From the IMG/VR virus record IMGVR_UViG_3300042433_000146, positions 1 to 64,000 of that record: DNA of 64,000 bases; one strand, given 5' to 3'. The notes beneath the pieces were generated by a model. It worked only from the letters and a program-made list of their open reading frames with translations. It did not search any database and was not told the origin of the DNA. Of this stretch, positions 61,592 to 64,000 are shown piece after piece. This stretch comes from a virus. The translations under genes were made by a program, and so were the position numbers. Position 1 is the first letter of the stretch; every line of letters begins with the position of its first letter.

Positions 61592-61607
61592 TCACTTTTA
61601 TATAGTA

Positions 61608-61775
61608 TCACAGGTTCTTGATGCCATCGATCAACGCTTGACCGTGCCGGACATCATCAGCACAGGCCGGGCATTCGAAGTAGTGCTCTTCAAATTCACC
61701 CACCAGCGGCTCTGGCAATTCCCTTAACAGGTACCGTTCGACGACTTGGCCGGACACAGCGTCTTCGTGTGACAT
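61608..61775 (-). CDS. stand-alone zf-HC2 (ZAS) anti-sigma-like mini-protein
   Basis: ERYLL.EL...FEEHYFECPAC (HxxxCxxC); TTGTCG-17-TACAAT 7 nt upstream. Confidence 0.8.
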   Translation of the reverse strand: MSHEDAVSGQVVERYLLRELPEPLVGEFEEHYFECPACADDVRHGQALIDGIKNL

Positions 61776-61959
61776 GTTCATCATTGTACACGAACACTGG
61801 AATCCCGACAACCAAAATGATCGCGGCCATCAAGCCGATCAACCATGATTGATACATGGTCATGACGATCATGAGCACCGTCCACAGTGCATAGATGACC
61901 CTCTGGTGCGCCGGGCGCGTTCGGGCGATGTGAACATAGGCGGCGCGAATCGAATTCAT
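61696..61959 (-). CDS. small membrane protein
   Basis: Two hydrophobic segments. Confidence 0.45.
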   Translation of the reverse strand: MNSIRAAYVHIARTRPAHQRVIYALWTVLMIVMTMYQSWLIGLMAAIILVVGIPVFVYNDEHVTRRRCVRPSRRTVPVKGIARAAGG

Positions 61960-61979
61960 CTGACAACCTCTATGGGTGT

Positions 61980-62267
61980 TTATACACGCGGAAGCCAAAT
62001 TTCTTCCATGATCGACAAGTGCCGGTTCCGTTGTTCTTCCGTCAATGGCGGTTGATTGACCAACTTCATCCGGTATTCGTCCATGATCTTCTTCAGATAT
62101 TCTGCTGCCACTCCCGAATGTGGACGGTGGCCGGTTATCAAAATGCCAGCCGGGAAAGGCTTTACTTCCGGGTGTGCGGCCAGAAACCTTTTGGTGTAGC
62201 TCCCGCATCCCGTTGTGGAAAAAGCGAAAGCCCCGGCAATCACCGCGAACAGGTTACGTCTAGTCAT
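61980..62267 (-). CDS. putative Tat-exported lipoprotein
   Basis: MTRRNLF twin-Arg, hydrophobic core, TTGC lipobox-like. Confidence 0.55.
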   Translation of the reverse strand: MTRRNLFAVIAGAFAFSTTGCGSYTKRFLAAHPEVKPFPAGILITGHRPHSGVAAEYLKKIMDEYRMKLVNQPPLTEEQRNRHLSIMEEIWLPRV

Positions 62268-62271
62268 AGGA

Positions 62272-62574
62272 CTAGTTTAGCGGCACCCGAACGAACTTGG
62301 TTTCCGTCGCGATGTTCGGCGTCGCCGGGACCAGTGTGTACACCTTGGTCGATCCGTCAGAGTAACGGAACCGCATCATTTCCAGACCGACGCAACTGAC
62401 ATTCGGAGTGGGATTGGGAACGGGATCTTTGCAGACTCCCCACTCCACCACCTGTGGAATCTTCGGGGAACGTTGGTCCGTGCTCAACTGTGTTTGAACC
62501 AAAGCGAACACTCCGGTGGCTGAAACCAACACAGAGAAAAAAATCAACGTACAGACGTACAAACGTATCATCAT
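62272..62574 (-). CDS. secreted/membrane hypothetical protein
   Basis: Signal-like N-terminus, two Cys. Confidence 0.55.
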   Translation of the reverse strand: MMIRLYVCTLIFFSVLVSATGVFALVQTQLSTDQRSPKIPQVVEWGVCKDPVPNPTPNVSCVGLEMMRFRYSDGSTKVYTLVPATPNIATETKFVRVPLN

Positions 62575-62628
62575 AAAGGAATCGTAACACGGTTTTGGCA
62601 TTTTTCGTCCGGTCTACAATACAAGTAC

Positions 62629-63222
62629 ATGCAGAACACTCTAATCCCAATGGTCGTAGAACAGTCTCCGCGCGGTGAACGCTCCTACGACATCTATTCC
62701 CGTCTTCTCAAAGAGCACATCATTTTCCTTGGCACCGCCATCGACGACGACGTTGCCAATCTGGTCGTCGCACAGCTTCTTTTCCTTGCGGCGGAAGACC
62801 CGGACAAGGACATCAGCATGTACATCAATTCGCCGGGCGGATCGATCACGGCGGGCCTTGCTATTCTCGATACGATGAATCTGGTCAAGCCCGACATCGT
62901 GACCTATTGCGTCGGTCAGGCCGCGTCGATGGGTGCTGTGTTGCTGGCGAACGGTGCCAAAGGGAAACGCTTTGCCTTGCCGCACGCACGCATCCTGATT
63001 CACCAGCCGTTGATGCGCGGACTCAGCGGACAGGCCAGCGACATCGACATTCACGCGAAAGAAATCTTGCGCATGCGCGAAATTCTCAACGGAATCTTAG
63101 CGACCAAGACCGGACAACCGCTCGAAAAGATCAGCGCGGACGTGGATCGCGACTACATCTTGGAAGCGGATGCCGCTGTCAAGTATGGCCTTGTGGACAA
63201 GGTGATCGAGAAACAGCCGTAA
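62629..63222 (+). CDS. clpP: ATP-dependent Clp protease proteolytic subunit
   Basis: [40 protein letters not shown]. Confidence 0.97.
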   Translation: MQNTLIPMVVEQSPRGERSYDIYSRLLKEHIIFLGTAIDDDVANLVVAQLLFLAAEDPDKDISMYINSPGGSITAGLAILDTMNLVKPDIVTYCVGQAASMGAVLLANGAKGKRFALPHARILIHQPLMRGLSGQASDIDIHAKEILRMREILNGILATKTGQPLEKISADVDRDYILEADAAVKYGLVDKVIEKQP

Positions 63223-63225
63223 CGA

Positions 63226-63259
63226 AAAAAGCCCCGGTCGTAACCGGGGCTTTCGTTTT
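63226..63259. terminator. bidirectional terminator
   Basis: AAAAAAGCCCCGG-6-CCGGGGCTTTCGTTTT. Confidence 0.85.
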
Positions 63260-63743
63260 ATACATCTGACATTGGAAGTGGTGACGGTGGAACAAAACTG
63301 GTATCGACCTGAAGACCGTAATCGCCCGGTGCGACATCATGAATGGACCCCGTGATTGTTGTAGGATTCGGTAAAATCATGAACCCGATTTCGCCGTTCA
63401 ACTCATAAGTGAAATCAAGAGAAGATGTTCCCGAACCAGACACATAAGAGAGTTCGACGATTGATGAATGCATATCATCTTCAATATCCATCGTGATCGT
63501 CGGGACGCCCACAACAATGACCGGTTCGCTGTATTGAACCCGAAGCCGGAACGTATCGCCCGTTCTGTAGATACCCTTGTTATCGACAACGAAAACGTTA
63601 CGAATGACCGCCGCGCCGGTGCGTCGATCAAGGGAACCGATGGTCACCAGAACTTCACCGGTGTCAGGATTCACCCATCCTTTCGGAGTTGCAATCGCCT
63701 TCGGTGCCCACGACGGCGGATTCGATAGATTCCACAATGCCAT
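63258..63743 (-). CDS. virion protein with Ig-like domain
   Basis: PSWAPKAIATPKGWVNPDTGEVLV; YVSGSGTSSLDFTY; TAAATA 6 nt upstream. Confidence 0.65.
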   Translation of the reverse strand: MALWNLSNPPSWAPKAIATPKGWVNPDTGEVLVTIGSLDRRTGAAVIRNVFVVDNKGIYRTGDTFRLRVQYSEPVIVVGVPTITMDIEDDMHSSIVELSYVSGSGTSSLDFTYELNGEIGFMILPNPTTITGSIHDVAPGDYGLQVDTSFVPPSPLPMSDV

Positions 63744-63792
63744 AACCTGTATTTAGGTCATCCCCATCCCGGAGGGACGACTAAATCTTGGT

Positions 63793-64000
63793 GTGACTAG
63801 ATCCCAAGCCGGGCGGCTAGGTGCCGCAATTACAGCCCACCGATTCCGACAGGAAGCCATCAGATCATACTACGAATCTCCCAATCGATGTTTGCATTGT
63901 GATGAAATCATCCATGTTTCAGAAGGCGCGCGGGTCGCAGAGATTCGAAAAAAGAAGTTTTGTGGGCAATCTTGTTCAGCAATCTACAACAACACACGAC
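63793..64000 (+). CDS. 5' part of probable HNH-type homing endonuclease (truncated by the window)
   Basis: GTG ORF MTRSQAG...CLHC...KKFCGQSCSAIYNN. Confidence 0.55.
   Translation, partial: MTRSQAGRLGAAITAHRFRQEAIRSYYESPNRCLHCDEIIHVSEGARVAEIRKKKFCGQSCSAIYNNTR

Noticed and set aside
1-64000. CRISPR array
   Set aside because: No 25-45-bp repeats with unique spacers at regular period. The recurring palindrome is 12 bp, irregularly spaced and promoter-linked.
1-64000. Stop-codon recoding
   Set aside because: Core genes are intact in code 11, end in TAA, TAG and TGA, and no CUA/UCA/UUA-anticodon tRNA was found.

Overview
64 kb segment of a large T4-superfamily myophage genome (roughly 55-60% GC by eye, standard code; all three stop codons are used and no suppressor tRNA was found). 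Layout: (i) 1-15.4 kb, mostly minus-strand small early genes, punctuated by sigma70-type promoters that share a 12-bp palindrome GACWTATATGTC; (ii) 15.4-21.4 kb, a free-standing intein-like ORF, a ~400-nt structured RNA, an HNH gene and 14 tRNAs plus tRNA-like elements; (iii) 21.4-28.7 kb, accessory and counter-defence genes (CoaD, multi-HTH proteins, HNH-RNA ligase, nucleoside deoxyribosyltransferase-like protein, small alarmone hydrolase); (iv) 28.7-43 kb, terminase small subunit and a 13-kb array of paralogous tail-fibre/virion proteins; (v) 44-59.6 kb, T4-like core (gp27-like, gp53, gp4, gp2, gp54, gp26, gp51, tape-measure-like protein with M23 and GH73 domains, amidase, gp32, gp59, gp33); (vi) 59.6-64 kb, NADAR, tRNA-Met, a ZAS anti-sigma-like mini-protein, a Tat lipoprotein and ClpP. 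ClpP and the ZAS protein resemble Acidobacteriota proteins as I recall them; this host guess is unverified. Best leads: two covarying long-variable-arm tRNA-Gln genes beside a canonical pair, tRNA-like RNAs with 16-20-nt anticodon loops, the ~400-nt ncRNA, a Tpt1/ART-fold protein carrying a T4-type capsid-targeting sequence, a 15-copy operator-like palindrome, and late genes that are systematically leaderless. All calls come from reading the sequence by eye and from recalled family motifs. No database search was run. Many start codons were re-chosen from the ORF track using promoter or SD position.
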